A DNA stretch of 64,000 nucleotides, taken from contig JAGWUB010000001.1 of assembly GCA_028868715.1 (NCBI GenBank), positions 53,480 to 117,479 of the forward strand. The letters run 5' to 3'. Of this stretch, positions 45,933-56,836 are shown piece by piece (position 1 is the first letter of the stretch; the number at the start of each line of letters is the position of its first letter). The stretch comes from Patescibacteria group bacterium (GTDB taxonomy: Bacteria > Patescibacteriota > Minisyncoccia > Phycocordibacterales > UBA9973). The notes under the pieces are model-generated. The model had not been told where the DNA came from, ran no database searches, and saw only the letters and a list, made by a program, of their open reading frames with translations. Both the position numbers and the translations under genes were made by a program.

Positions 45933-47930
45933 ATGAGCTTCGAAAATAAAACAACTCAAAAATTAATTTCCGCTCTCTTAATTATTTTGACTCTGATACC
46001 GACTGTTTTAATCTTTGTGCCAAAACAAGTAACTGCGCAGGGGCTCCCTGTGACCGCTTTTTGCCCCACCGCAACAAACCCTCAAGCTGTGTGTGCAAGT
46101 GAGGGCACTTCGTTTTGGCATAAAATTCTAACAGGTATGGTGGTTGGTACTAGTGCTACAACTGCAACAAATACAACTAAAGAAATAGTCACTGAGGCTT
46201 TAAAAGAAATCGTCCGAGTCGCGGCGCAAAGGTTGCTCGCGCAAATGACTCAAAGTACCGTAAACTGGATAAATACTGGCTTTCACGGAGCGCCACTTTT
46301 TGTGGAAAATCCTGGATCTTTCTTTGCTGATATAGGTAAAACCGAACTAAGAGACTTCGTAAATATAGTAGGCTATGACAGTGTTAATCAGCCTTTTGGT
46401 AAAAGCTTTGCTTTAAATGCTATAAATAGTTACCGAAGCACCTTTGCCAACAATGCCCAATACTCTTTTAGTAAAGTCACAAATGATCCTGTTTTGCTCA
46501 ATCACTTGAGGACAAATTTTAGCACCGGTGGTTGGGATGCATTTTTAATAAATAGTCAATTCCCTCAAAACAATTACCTCGGGTCTCAAATGATATATAC
46601 CGATGAACTGGCTAGAAGGTTGAGTGGCACAAATCCGACTCAAACAGATATAATCAAACAAACCTTGGCTCAAGGACAAGGATTCCTATCTCCACAGAAA
46701 TGTTTGACTAACCCTGATTATAATAATCTCAATAATCAATTTCATAAACCAACTTTCAAGTGTTCACCACCGACAGAAGATTGTAGTAATGACCCCACTG
46801 GCAACTGTGTTAGTCGTGAAATTATACGATGCAAGAGGGAAGAGTCTACTTGGGATGCAACCAATTTTTGTCCAAACAACCCAGCAGACGGAACTCCCGG
46901 CTTAGTAAATACTACTCCTGGATCAGTGGTAGCTTCATCTATAATGAAAGCGGTAAATGTGCCCATCGACAAAGCAACATTGGCTGGGACAGTGGGTAAT
47001 AGTTTGACTGATGGCTTGTCCGCTATTTTTGATGCCTTACTAAATAAACTAGTCTCTTCTGGATTAAATGCAATTACAAATCCAACGCACAACACAAACA
47101 GTGCTAATAATTCTACAAACAACGTAGCTGGCACAGGCTTTGACTGGACTGGAGCGGGGCAAACAGTAGCGCTTGGCACATTTAAAACAGATGTCCAAAC
47201 AGCAATAAACAGCGCCAACCAAGAGCTTAAATTGATAGACAATACTGATACAAATACTCCTGGAATTTTACAAATATTTAACCAAATTTGGCCAAAAACC
47301 GGAGAACTAGATATGTGCTTACCGGGACCAAACATTGGATGGGAAAATAGAGTAGATACAGACATACAAAATTCAAATGCGAATCCAACAACAATAGCTC
47401 CCGTAATAACTTCATTTAAAACATGGGTAACTAATAAGATGAGGGCAGAACTTCCAGACTCAAAAAACTTTTTGAGTACGGTTAATTCTATTGCCGAAGT
47501 AAATAAACAAGCGACTGACTTAAACAATAGGGAAAGTACAATAATAAATACTTTAACAAAACTTCAATCAATACAGGATGAATTGAGTGGTATAACCACT
47601 CAGCCAGACGCAGGCTCGGGGAGCGACACAGCTTTGACAAATTTGAAGCAAAGATATGATGGAATGCTGGTAGACCTATCTAGTCCTATCACTGTAGCTG
47701 ATATGCGAAATAAATTGGCTGACGCCAAAGACAACTTAACCAACTTGGGCACGCTCATTACACAATGCACCACAGAGCGAACTGCAAAAGGCTGGGCAAA
47801 CCCCGGAGGAGCAGATAGTGTGTTTAATAATTCCAGTACCGAAAAAAATGTATTTTGTAATTCGTACCCAAGTGTGCCAGTATCTTGTGATGCAGTTTTC
47901 CAGACTAGTGCAGAAGATTACAAAAAATAA
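45933..47930 (+). CDS. Secreted/membrane protein of the T4SS-like locus
   Basis: Signal peptide, conserved-looking STVNWINTGF.G.PLFVENP and TTPGSVV segments, coiled coils. Confidence 0.7.
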   Translation: MSFENKTTQKLISALLIILTLIPTVLIFVPKQVTAQGLPVTAFCPTATNPQAVCASEGTSFWHKILTGMVVGTSATTATNTTKEIVTEALKEIVRVAAQRLLAQMTQSTVNWINTGFHGAPLFVENPGSFFADIGKTELRDFVNIVGYDSVNQPFGKSFALNAINSYRSTFANNAQYSFSKVTNDPVLLNHLRTNFSTGGWDAFLINSQFPQNNYLGSQMIYTDELARRLSGTNPTQTDIIKQTLAQGQGFLSPQKCLTNPDYNNLNNQFHKPTFKCSPPTEDCSNDPTGNCVSREIIRCKREESTWDATNFCPNNPADGTPGLVNTTPGSVVASSIMKAVNVPIDKATLAGTVGNSLTDGLSAIFDALLNKLVSSGLNAITNPTHNTNSANNSTNNVAGTGFDWTGAGQTVALGTFKTDVQTAINSANQELKLIDNTDTNTPGILQIFNQIWPKTGELDMCLPGPNIGWENRVDTDIQNSNANPTTIAPVITSFKTWVTNKMRAELPDSKNFLSTVNSIAEVNKQATDLNNRESTIINTLTKLQSIQDELSGITTQPDAGSGSDTALTNLKQRYDGMLVDLSSPITVADMRNKLADAKDNLTNLGTLITQCTTERTAKGWANPGGADSVFNNSSTEKNVFCNSYPSVPVSCDAVFQTSAEDYKK

Positions 47931-47935
47931 TTTAA

Positions 47936-50374
47936 ATGCGAAAAATACTTAAAAAATTAATTACGGCTGGTTTCATAGCCATCATACTAGTTGGACTGTT
48001 TAGCTCGCCAGCTAAAACTCAAGCGCAGACGGGATCACCAACAAAAGGAACCTGCACTATAACAGATACTAGTGAACGCCCTCCTATTGTTTCTAATGTA
48101 CCAAATCAAACATTTGATCAATGTACTGGACTAAAACCAACAACAGGTAATGTTGCTTGGGCAGCAGATGGTGGTGGAGCAACCGTAAATGCAGCACCAG
48201 CGGGTCCGACAGGAACTTGTACTACAGTTGATACAAGAGACACTGTAGATAAAACTCAATACCCAACTGGAGCTACAACCGTAGCAAAAACTACTCAAGC
48301 AGATTGTACAAAAATGAACCAACCTGGCCTAGTGGCAACTTGGACAGCAGATGCGACTGACAGCACTAGTAATATGTTTAAGCAGTGCTCACTTGATGGA
48401 AATTTTAGTATTGATAAATGTACCGTGTATGTTCTTTATATTATTTTTTATGAATTACCTGCTTACATTTTATGGTTAACGGCCTATATATTTAACGCCT
48501 CCATACCTTTAACTATCGGCACTGTTTTGTATCATAATAATTTTTTACCGGAAGCATGGAGAATCGTACGAGACTTTTCAAACATATTCTTTATCTTGGT
48601 GTTGCTATACGTGGCAATCAAAATGATTTTAGGGTTCGGTGGAGGAGAAGTAAAGAAAATGGTTGTGAACGTCGTGATCGCTGCCCTTCTCATCAACTTC
48701 AGCATGTTTATGACTGAAGTAGTAATTGATTCTTCAAATATTTTAGCTTTAATTTTTTATAATAAAATTACTGTGAATCCTGCTCAAACCAGTACCGAGA
48801 GTGATACCCCATATTACCCAACTTTAAATAAAGACAAAACGGCTATTGAAGAAAAGGATATTGCGGGCGGGATAGTAAAAGGTTTTGATATAACCAAATT
48901 TCTTAGCCCTGATTCAGTAACTCTACAAGTGGGCGACAAGCCTGCGGGTAGCGCTATGGCCACTGCGAAAAACACAGCGACTGGTACTGTGATCGGATCA
49001 ATTTTTGGACCCCTAGGTGGAGTCGCTGGGGGAGCTATCGGTTATTTATTTTCTGCTTCGGCATCAGGGAATCAAACTGGTCTTCAAGTAGCCATAATCT
49101 TCACGGCGTGCGCTGTGTTCCTAATGGCATCTTGGGCTTTTCTAATAGCCGGATTTGCATTTTTGGGAAGATTAATTGAACTTTGGATTTTAATTATCTT
49201 TTCACCTTTTGCTTTAATGTCTTTTTCTGTACCAAGATTAAAAAGTATAAAATTTTTAGGTTGGGATGCTTGGCTAGAGCGCTTGATGCATACTGCTTTT
49301 ATGGCGCCAATTTTTATGTTTTTCTTGTTACTGATATCAAAACTGGTACAAATAGATATCTTGGGCGGACTAACAAATACAGATAAGCCACCTTCAATTG
49401 CTCATGCATTACTTATCCTTGCAATTCCAGCAATAATATATCTGACCATGCTTTACAAAGCCACTGAGTATGCCAAAAAAAATGCGGGCGAATTTGGGGC
49501 AGCGGTAGTCAAGTATGGAGAAATGGCGGCAGTGGCTGTAGGTGGGTTGGCATTGGGTGCAGCGTCTGGAGGAACATCGATGGCAGCTACGGCAACTATT
49601 GGTAGAGCTGGTGCTGCTGCTGCTAATTCAGGGTGGGCTAAAAAATGGGAATCAAAAGGGTGGGGTGGTGAATACTTTAGGAGAGCAGCTACAGCTGTTG
49701 GCTCATCAAGCTTCGATGTTCGTGGAATAAAAATAGGAGGTAAAGCTTTGGGAACAACTATAGGAGCTGGTGAAGGAAGAAAAGATGGATTTACAGAAAG
49801 AAGGAAAAAACAAGTAGAAAATAGACAAAAGAGAGCTAAGGATCTTGAGGTTGGAGAGGATGAGCCATTAAAACAAAAGTTAAATAATTCAGAAAATGAC
49901 TTACAGCAAATGATGAATAAGGTTGCAAGAGATTTTGAAATAATCGATAAAGACTTGGAAGGTCAAAGACAAAAGAAAAACGATGCTGTAGTTGGGTCAA
50001 TTGAAGAAGCGACAGCTTCGAGAGAAATTGAGAGATTAAATAATATAAAGAGAGATATAAATGATGGCAAGGCCTTTAATTATGTAGATAGTGCTGGCGG
50101 TATTCATAATGTAAGTTCTACAACTGTAATAGGGGGAGATAATAATGGAAAAACTATAAAACAAATGCAAAGAGAAGTAATTCCTGAACAAAAAAATGAT
50201 GTAACAAAAGAAAATAGAGCAAGAAAATGGACTTACGCAGATACCACGCGAAGTAAGTTTGGGCAGGCAAAAAGTTTTGTGTTCAGTGGTGGAACACATA
50301 GTTTTGCAGGAGCACATGAAGCTGCTCACGCCATAATAATGGAAGCAAAATTGCCAGACAATGTGGCAAAATAA
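47936..50374 (+). CDS. VirB6/TrbL-like polytopic membrane protein with a variable Cys-repeat N-terminus
   Basis: WRIVRDFSNIFFILVLLY..I, LLINFS....VID.SN, R...LWILIIFSPFA; multiple TMs. Confidence 0.7.
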   Translation: MRKILKKLITAGFIAIILVGLFSSPAKTQAQTGSPTKGTCTITDTSERPPIVSNVPNQTFDQCTGLKPTTGNVAWAADGGGATVNAAPAGPTGTCTTVDTRDTVDKTQYPTGATTVAKTTQADCTKMNQPGLVATWTADATDSTSNMFKQCSLDGNFSIDKCTVYVLYIIFYELPAYILWLTAYIFNASIPLTIGTVLYHNNFLPEAWRIVRDFSNIFFILVLLYVAIKMILGFGGGEVKKMVVNVVIAALLINFSMFMTEVVIDSSNILALIFYNKITVNPAQTSTESDTPYYPTLNKDKTAIEEKDIAGGIVKGFDITKFLSPDSVTLQVGDKPAGSAMATAKNTATGTVIGSIFGPLGGVAGGAIGYLFSASASGNQTGLQVAIIFTACAVFLMASWAFLIAGFAFLGRLIELWILIIFSPFALMSFSVPRLKSIKFLGWDAWLERLMHTAFMAPIFMFFLLLISKLVQIDILGGLTNTDKPPSIAHALLILAIPAIIYLTMLYKATEYAKKNAGEFGAAVVKYGEMAAVAVGGLALGAASGGTSMAATATIGRAGAAAANSGWAKKWESKGWGGEYFRRAATAVGSSSFDVRGIKIGGKALGTTIGAGEGRKDGFTERRKKQVENRQKRAKDLEVGEDEPLKQKLNNSENDLQQMMNKVARDFEIIDKDLEGQRQKKNDAVVGSIEEATASREIERLNNIKRDINDGKAFNYVDSAGGIHNVSSTTVIGGDNNGKTIKQMQREVIPEQKNDVTKENRARKWTYADTTRSKFGQAKSFVFSGGTHSFAGAHEAAHAIIMEAKLPDNVAK

Positions 50375-50383
50375 AATAAATTT

Positions 50384-50878
50384 ATGACAGAAAAATTACA
50401 ACAAATAATTAAGAGAGAGGTAGCAAAGTTGCCAAAATATACCCAGGAAGCAATAACTTCCTTGGATTGGGGAAATGTTATAGAACAAATCGGTAAAAAA
50501 TATTCTTTTAATGAGAGTGAGTTAAATGATCTACATGTACAGACATTACTGGTGTTGATAGGCCTTACAGACCCTAATTTATATGCAAAAAATATAGAGA
50601 ATGAAGTAGGTACTACTAAAGATGAAGCAGAAAAAATTGCAAGTGAAGCGTTTGAAAAAATATTTGAGCCAATCAACAATATTTTAGAAGAAAAGATTAA
50701 GAAAAATATGAAAGATAAAAAAACAGATGTGGTACAAAACGTTAATTTCATTCTTTCTGGCGGAGATTATTCTGTTTTTGTAGATGATGCAAATGTGGGC
50801 TCTCTTAATAGCCAAAAAACTGATAAACTAATAGGTACTTCAAATATTTTGGAAACAAAAAAAAGGTTAATAGATTAA
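50384..50878 (+). CDS. Hypothetical helical protein (paralog of 50889-51599)
   Basis: LP....AI...DW...I..I..K..F...L..L...T.L.L.GL pattern shared with the next gene. Confidence 0.7.
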   Translation: MTEKLQQIIKREVAKLPKYTQEAITSLDWGNVIEQIGKKYSFNESELNDLHVQTLLVLIGLTDPNLYAKNIENEVGTTKDEAEKIASEAFEKIFEPINNILEEKIKKNMKDKKTDVVQNVNFILSGGDYSVFVDDANVGSLNSQKTDKLIGTSNILETKKRLID

Positions 50879-50888
50879 TTAAATTTAT

Positions 50889-51599
50889 ATGGAAAATAAC
50901 ACAGTAGATTTATTACAAATAAAAATAGAGAATGCTAAAAAACAATTGCCGGATGAGACTGTGAATGCGATCGCAGCGGTTGATTGGAAAGCGGCCATTC
51001 TAAGTTTGCGAGAAAAGAAAGGATACAATTTTGAACAGCTTGGAGATTTGGAACTAGAAACAGAATTACTCTTGTGCGGACTTGCCAGCCCAGCAGAATA
51101 TCCTAAAGAATTGCAAAATAGAATGAGAATTTCTAAGGCAGAAACAGATGAATTGGTAAACGACATGAATATTTTGGTTTTTAATAAAATAAAAGAAGAA
51201 ATGATTAAAAATTCAGAAAGAAGAAAAGTATTTGAAAAGAAAGCCGAACCCATTAGAGCCAACGAAGTAGTGCAGGGATCCTCTGCCGCTGGTGGGATGG
51301 AGATAAATAAAACAGAAAATACCGTCCTAAAATCAGCTGGGATAGAAGTTATCAAGCCTGAAATTACAAGTGGAGAAAAACCAGTAGAAAGCAGAGAAGC
51401 TATCTTGAAAAAAGTTGAAAATCCAGAAACCCCAAAAGCACAATCCATGTTGGCGCAAAAAATTATGAGTTCAGTGCAAACACCAATAGTAAAAACAGAG
51501 CATACCCTAGAAAATATTTCAGGCAATAAAGGAGAGGTCGTAACACCAATAAAAAATCAGCCATTAAAAGTAGATCCGTATCGAGAATTACCCGAATAA
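50889..51599 (+). CDS. Hypothetical helical protein ending in DPYRELPE
   Basis: Shared N-terminal domain, low-complexity linker, C-terminal DPYRE motif. Confidence 0.7.
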   Translation: MENNTVDLLQIKIENAKKQLPDETVNAIAAVDWKAAILSLREKKGYNFEQLGDLELETELLLCGLASPAEYPKELQNRMRISKAETDELVNDMNILVFNKIKEEMIKNSERRKVFEKKAEPIRANEVVQGSSAAGGMEINKTENTVLKSAGIEVIKPEITSGEKPVESREAILKKVENPETPKAQSMLAQKIMSSVQTPIVKTEHTLENISGNKGEVVTPIKNQPLKVDPYRELPE

Positions 51600-51612
51600 G
51601 GTGTAAATAATT

Positions 51613-52038
51613 ATGCAGTTTAAAGTTCCACAATTTTTAGAAATAGAAGACAAAATTTTTGGCCCATTTACTTTTCGGGAGTTTGTTTACTTGGTGGGTG
51701 GGGGAGGAATGTGCTTTGTAGTCTATAAATTACTGGGGCTTGTCTGGGGAGCGATACCTATCTTGGCCATTGCTGGATTTGCCGGAATGCTTACTTTTTA
51801 CCGCCCAAACAATAAACCCTTTATAGACATGCTGGAAGCTGGTTTTAAGTATGGGTTTCAAAGTAAACTGTATATCTGGAAAAGACGTCAGATTAAAGTT
51901 GCCAAAAATAAAGCTCCAGTGGTGGTTGAGGACAAAAATATAGCCATGAGAGAAAATGTAAAGTTAAGTGGTAATAAATTGCGAGACTTAGCTTGGAGTT
52001 TAGATGTTTTGGATTTAAAAAAGGAAGGTAATAATTAG
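51613..52038 (+). CDS. PrgI family protein
   Basis: MQFKVPQFLEIEDKIFGPFTFREF followed by two TMs. Confidence 0.85.
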   Translation: MQFKVPQFLEIEDKIFGPFTFREFVYLVGGGGMCFVVYKLLGLVWGAIPILAIAGFAGMLTFYRPNNKPFIDMLEAGFKYGFQSKLYIWKRRQIKVAKNKAPVVVEDKNIAMRENVKLSGNKLRDLAWSLDVLDLKKEGNN

Positions 52039-52106
52039 ACCTTAGGCACTAGGCTCTAGCGAGAAAGCTAAAGCCTAACGCCTAGAGCCTAGAGCCCTAG
52101 AAAAAT

Positions 52107-52748
52107 ATGGCATTAAATGCAAAAGCAACTCAAGAGTTTGTACCGATAAAGGAGGTGCGCGACGGAACCATCGTGTTAAAAGATGGTGGCCTGCGGGCTA
52201 TTGTCTTGGCTAATTCAGTCAATCTTTCTTTGAAATCTGATGATGAACAGCGAGCAACGATACTTCAATTTCAAAACTTTTTAAATACTTTAGACTTTGC
52301 TATCCAAATATCAGTGCAATCAAGAAGATTGGACATTCGTCCTTATCTTTTGCTGTTAGAAAATAGAATCAAAGTCCAAAATGAACCTCTTCTAAAAATA
52401 CAAACAAAGGAATATATAGAATTTGTCAGAAGCTTTACCGAGTCGGTAAATATAATGACCAAAACTTTTTTTATTGTGGTACCTTATACCCACACGGTAT
52501 TAAAATCAGATTCTGGGGTTTTGGGAAAACTATTCAAGAGAAGCAGTAAGGAAGAGAAAAAAATTGAAAAAGAGGAGGATTTTGAAGAAAAAAAATCCCA
52601 GCTAGAACAGAGAGTGGGGGTGATACAACAAGGCCTTAGCCGTTGTGGCATAAAATCAGCCAGATTGGGTACTGAAGAAGTAGTGGAAGTTTTTTATAAG
52701 GTTTTCAATCCCGGAGAAGTGGAAGGAAAAATTAAACTTGAACAATAA
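52107..52748 (+). CDS. VirB4-associated TraC-like protein
   Basis: ATQEFVPIKEVRDG...NLSLKSDDEQ...FQNFLNTLDF.IQI; lies between prgI and virB4. Confidence 0.7.
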   Translation: MALNAKATQEFVPIKEVRDGTIVLKDGGLRAIVLANSVNLSLKSDDEQRATILQFQNFLNTLDFAIQISVQSRRLDIRPYLLLLENRIKVQNEPLLKIQTKEYIEFVRSFTESVNIMTKTFFIVVPYTHTVLKSDSGVLGKLFKRSSKEEKKIEKEEDFEEKKSQLEQRVGVIQQGLSRCGIKSARLGTEEVVEVFYKVFNPGEVEGKIKLEQ

Positions 52749-52750
52749 TT

Positions 52751-54625
52751 ATGATGGATTTTTTTAAAAAATTATTTGGTGGAAAAAATGTGCGGCCGAG
52801 CTTGGACGCTAGGCACGCGGGTGATAGTGGTATGCAAGCCACGGTAATGCCCGTCTTGCCGGAAGAAATCTATGAATCAGCCAGCATAGAATTGCAAGAC
52901 ATCATCGCTCCATCAGCTCTTAAAATTGAATCGAAATCAATAAACCTAGGAGAAAAGATAGCTCGTACTTTTTTTATAATATCTTATCCGAGGTTTTTAA
53001 CTGATAACTGGTTTTCTCCAATAATTAATTTGGATAAAGTTTTTGATATCTCAATCTTCATTCATCCGATAGATACTTCGCTAGCGCTAAGACAGTTTCA
53101 GAAAAAGGTTGCTGAAGTGCAAAGTCAGATAAATGTTCGTGAGAAAAAGGGTATGGTGCGTGACCCAATGCTGGATACTGCTTATCAAGATTTAGAAGGA
53201 TTGCGTGACAATTTGATCCAAGCGCAAGAAAAAATGTTTGATATGGGTATATATATCACTATTTATGCCGACAACGAGATGGAGCTTTTCAAAGTTGAGA
53301 ATGAGATAAAATCAATGCTGGAGTCCAGACTCATATATATCAAACCGGCCCTTTTCCAACAAGAAGAAGGTTTTAAAAGTATCATTCCGATAAATACTGA
53401 CCTGTTAAATATTCACCAAAAATTAAATTCAGAGCCGTTATCCAGTATTTTTCCTTTTGTTTCTTTTGACCTAACTTCAGATACTGGTATCCTCTACGGA
53501 ATAAACAGGCACAACTCAAGTTTAGTTATTTTTGATAGATTTTCTTTGGAAAACTACAACTCGGTAACCTTTGCTAAGTCTGGATCAGGAAAATCTTATG
53601 CGACTAAGCTGGAAATTTTGAGATCTCTGATGTTTGATATTGATGTCATGGTCATAGACCCAGAGCGGGAATATGAATTCTTGTCTGAAGCCGTCGGTGG
53701 AAGATATTTTAATATTTCTCTTTCAAGTGACCACCATATGAACCCTTTTGACCTGCCTATCCCTCGTGAGGATGAAACTGCCGAAGATGTGCTCCGATCA
53801 AATATTATAAACCTAGTCGGACTGTTTAGATTAATGCTCGGAGGACTAACCCCCGAAGAAGATTCACTGGTTGATCGCGCTATCTCAGAAACCTATGCGA
53901 TGAAAGATATAACTCCAGAATCAGATTTTTCAAACATTGAACCTCCACTGCTTTCTGACTTTGAAATGGTTCTCTCGGGCATGGAAGGAGCCGACTCTGT
54001 AGTTTCTAGGTTGGCAAAATATACTCATGGTTCTTGGGCAACATTTTTGAATAGACCAAGTAATGTAGATATTAATAAAAAATTCGTAGTATTTTCTATC
54101 CGCGACATGGAAGACGAATTAAAGCCAGTGGCAATGTATATCATCATGCATTTTATCTGGAATGCTATCCGTAAAAATCTAAAGAAGCGTCTCCTGGTGG
54201 TGGACGAAGCTTGGTGGATGATGAAATCCGAAGACACAGCATCCTTCTTGTATTCTATGGCAAAAAGAGGCAGAAAATACTATTTAGGACTTGCTACTAT
54301 CACCCAAGATGCGGCGGACTTTATGAAATCTCCCTATGGCATACCGATAGTTACCAACTCTTCTATACAAATTCTTTTAAAACAATCGCCAACCACCATA
54401 GACATACTACAAAAAACATTTAATTTAACGGATGAAGAAAAATATTTACTTTTGGAGTCTGGGGTAGGTGAAGGTATTTTCTTTGCAGGCCTAAAACATG
54501 TGGCTATCAAAGTCGTGGCCTCATATACGGAAGACCAAATCATAACTTCTGACCCATCACAAATATTGTTAAACCGAAAAGCAAAGGAAGATTATGAAAC
54601 AGCGGTAAAGGACGGGAAACTTTAA
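52751..54625 (+). CDS. VirB4-like (TraE/ConE) ATPase
   Basis: AKSGSGKS Walker A, IDPEREY, VVDEAW Walker B, RGRKY, TQD. Confidence 0.9.
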   Translation: MMDFFKKLFGGKNVRPSLDARHAGDSGMQATVMPVLPEEIYESASIELQDIIAPSALKIESKSINLGEKIARTFFIISYPRFLTDNWFSPIINLDKVFDISIFIHPIDTSLALRQFQKKVAEVQSQINVREKKGMVRDPMLDTAYQDLEGLRDNLIQAQEKMFDMGIYITIYADNEMELFKVENEIKSMLESRLIYIKPALFQQEEGFKSIIPINTDLLNIHQKLNSEPLSSIFPFVSFDLTSDTGILYGINRHNSSLVIFDRFSLENYNSVTFAKSGSGKSYATKLEILRSLMFDIDVMVIDPEREYEFLSEAVGGRYFNISLSSDHHMNPFDLPIPREDETAEDVLRSNIINLVGLFRLMLGGLTPEEDSLVDRAISETYAMKDITPESDFSNIEPPLLSDFEMVLSGMEGADSVVSRLAKYTHGSWATFLNRPSNVDINKKFVVFSIRDMEDELKPVAMYIIMHFIWNAIRKNLKKRLLVVDEAWWMMKSEDTASFLYSMAKRGRKYYLGLATITQDAADFMKSPYGIPIVTNSSIQILLKQSPTTIDILQKTFNLTDEEKYLLLESGVGEGIFFAGLKHVAIKVVASYTEDQIITSDPSQILLNRKAKEDYETAVKDGKL

Positions 54626-54679
54626 GGCAAGAAAGTGGGTTCTGGGCGGTAGTTATTAGAAAATGATACAATTATTGTT

Positions 54680-55666
54680 ATGAAGTTAAAAGTTTTATCA
54701 TATTTAGGAATCGGATTGGCAATACTTGTAATAATAGTATCTATTTCACCGTTCCAAACGCGGGCAGCCGTCTCACCGAGCGCTATCTCTGTAGATATAA
54801 TGCCACTTAATCCCGCTGCGGGAGAAAGTACGACGATTGCCTTGGGTAGTTTCGCTACTAATTTAGATAGTGTCTCAATATCTTGGTATGTAAATGGTAA
54901 AAAAGTTTCTGCTGGAATTGGAATGAAAACATTTTCGGTCAACGCACCCGCAACTGGCTCATCGACTACGGTTCGAGCTGTAGTGTCTTTGGTAGATGGG
55001 GATATAGAAAAAAAAGTAGTGATAAGCCCCAATGTGATGGTCTTGCTATATCAAGCAACTGACTCATATGTACCGCCATTTTATCGCGGTAAGGCATTGC
55101 CGACAGTTGGAAGTGACATAAAGGTGGTAGCTATGCCTGAAGCAAAAAATATTTCTCCTCAAAATATGCTTTACGCTTGGAAAAGAAATTACACAAATGA
55201 TGCGACTGGATCTGGCTATGGCAAGAATTCTCTTACTTATACGAATGATTACTTATCAAACTCGGACAACGTTTCAGTGACAGTTTCTTCAATCGATGGA
55301 AAATATTCATCAGAGGCAAGCCTTGATATCGGACCAACCCAACCGAAAATATCTTTTTATAAAAACGACACTTTGCTCGGGACATTGTGGGAACAAGCCC
55401 TCACAGATGGACACATGGTAAAAGGTGATGAAGTGATGGTGGCAGAACCATATTTTATTTCACCGAAAGAATTGTGGAATCCAAGCTTGGTGTGGAATTG
55501 GTATATTAATGATAGCCTGACGGATAATACATCAAGCATTCATAAAAACTGGCTACCAATAAAGATAGAAGGGGGATCAACAGGAACTTCTGCTTTGAGA
55601 TTAGATATTAGTAGTAACGACCAAATTTTAGAAACAGCTAGTAAGCAAATAAATGTCACATTTTAA
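54680..55666 (+). CDS. Secreted Ig-like domain protein
   Basis: Signal peptide, ISWYVNGK, DSYVPPFYRGKALP, AEPYFIS. Confidence 0.7.
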   Translation: MKLKVLSYLGIGLAILVIIVSISPFQTRAAVSPSAISVDIMPLNPAAGESTTIALGSFATNLDSVSISWYVNGKKVSAGIGMKTFSVNAPATGSSTTVRAVVSLVDGDIEKKVVISPNVMVLLYQATDSYVPPFYRGKALPTVGSDIKVVAMPEAKNISPQNMLYAWKRNYTNDATGSGYGKNSLTYTNDYLSNSDNVSVTVSSIDGKYSSEASLDIGPTQPKISFYKNDTLLGTLWEQALTDGHMVKGDEVMVAEPYFISPKELWNPSLVWNWYINDSLTDNTSSIHKNWLPIKIEGGSTGTSALRLDISSNDQILETASKQINVTF

Positions 55667-55667
55667 A

Positions 55668-56825
55668 ATGAAAAAATATTTACCATACGTTTTAATACTA
55701 ATTATTATAGTGGGATTTTTTGGTTCAGCATTGAAAGTTAGTGCAGAAACATATCAACAATGCGTAGAAAGAACTAAAAACTTACCTATAGATACTAACG
55801 TAGATCCGTGTGCAGGATTACAACCAGACCCAGGAACTGTAATAAACAATAATGTCACCCCAGCAACCCCAAAAACACCAGACCCAGCAAGCTACCACCT
55901 CTTGCAACCACTCCCAGGTGTAAGTGGAGATTTTAGCCCTGGGCCGACAAATGCTCTAGGTAGTTATTTGAATTCAATGATAACTCTATTTATCGGTCTG
56001 TGTGCTGTGGTAGCGGTGGTGATGATTGTGATAGGTGGCATAGAGTGGTCTACAAGTGAACTCATTTCTAAAAAAGAAGCAGCCAAGGAGCGGATTTGGG
56101 GTGCTGTTTTAGGGCTTCTCTTGGCTCTGGGTTCATATGCTCTTTTATATACAATAAATCCTGATTTACTAAATACTAATGTGGATATTGGGGATGTGAC
56201 AATACAATCGACAATTGAGCAACAGATTAAAGACCTTGTAGATATAAGAACCTCGGGAATCCAAACTATTGATGGAAAACCAGGAGCTAAAATAAACTTT
56301 AAAGCAGAGGCTTGTCCGGTGGCGTTAGCTGTTGAGGGAACAACAGGAGTGAAAGCTGCATACCTTTTAGCAATATTTGACCAAGAGTCAAGTAGTGGGA
56401 GTATGGCTTTTTCAGGGTGCTCATCAAGTAACGCAAGTTGTGTTAAATGGCGACCTGGTACTGGAGATGAGCAAAAATTAAATCAAATATTGGCCGCAAT
56501 CGGAAAAACTTCTCCAGTAAACGTATCACCTGGCGGTACAGCTGGTGGCGCCTATGGTGGGTGTATGGGATATATGCAAGTTTGTCCATCAGAATGGATT
56601 AGGGTTGGTGGGTTGGGTAAAAACCCTTGGAACTTAAACGATTCAATGACAGTAGCTGCAAATCTTTTAGTAAGAGAAAAGGGCTATAATCAAAACCCAG
56701 CACAATCTGTTTGTAAGTATTTCGGTAGTTGTGGTGGTGGTGGTCTAGTTAATTATCAAGCAAGTGTTCTACGTAAGGCTGCAGCATTTCAAGACAGGAT
56801 TAATAAAGGAGATTGTAGTGCCTAA
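55668..56825 (+). CDS. VirB2/TrbC-like pilin domain fused to a lysozyme-like (lytic transglycosylase) domain
   Basis: AVVMIVIGGI.W......K.EAAKERIWGAVLGLLLAL.SYALLYTINPDLL (CPR pilin-like), then AIFDQESS...GCMGYMQV.PSEW...NPW. Start moved to ATG 55668. Confidence 0.72.
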   Translation: MKKYLPYVLILIIIVGFFGSALKVSAETYQQCVERTKNLPIDTNVDPCAGLQPDPGTVINNNVTPATPKTPDPASYHLLQPLPGVSGDFSPGPTNALGSYLNSMITLFIGLCAVVAVVMIVIGGIEWSTSELISKKEAAKERIWGAVLGLLLALGSYALLYTINPDLLNTNVDIGDVTIQSTIEQQIKDLVDIRTSGIQTIDGKPGAKINFKAEACPVALAVEGTTGVKAAYLLAIFDQESSSGSMAFSGCSSSNASCVKWRPGTGDEQKLNQILAAIGKTSPVNVSPGGTAGGAYGGCMGYMQVCPSEWIRVGGLGKNPWNLNDSMTVAANLLVREKGYNQNPAQSVCKYFGSCGGGGLVNYQASVLRKAAAFQDRINKGDCSA

Positions 56826-56836
56826 ATGATAAAAAT

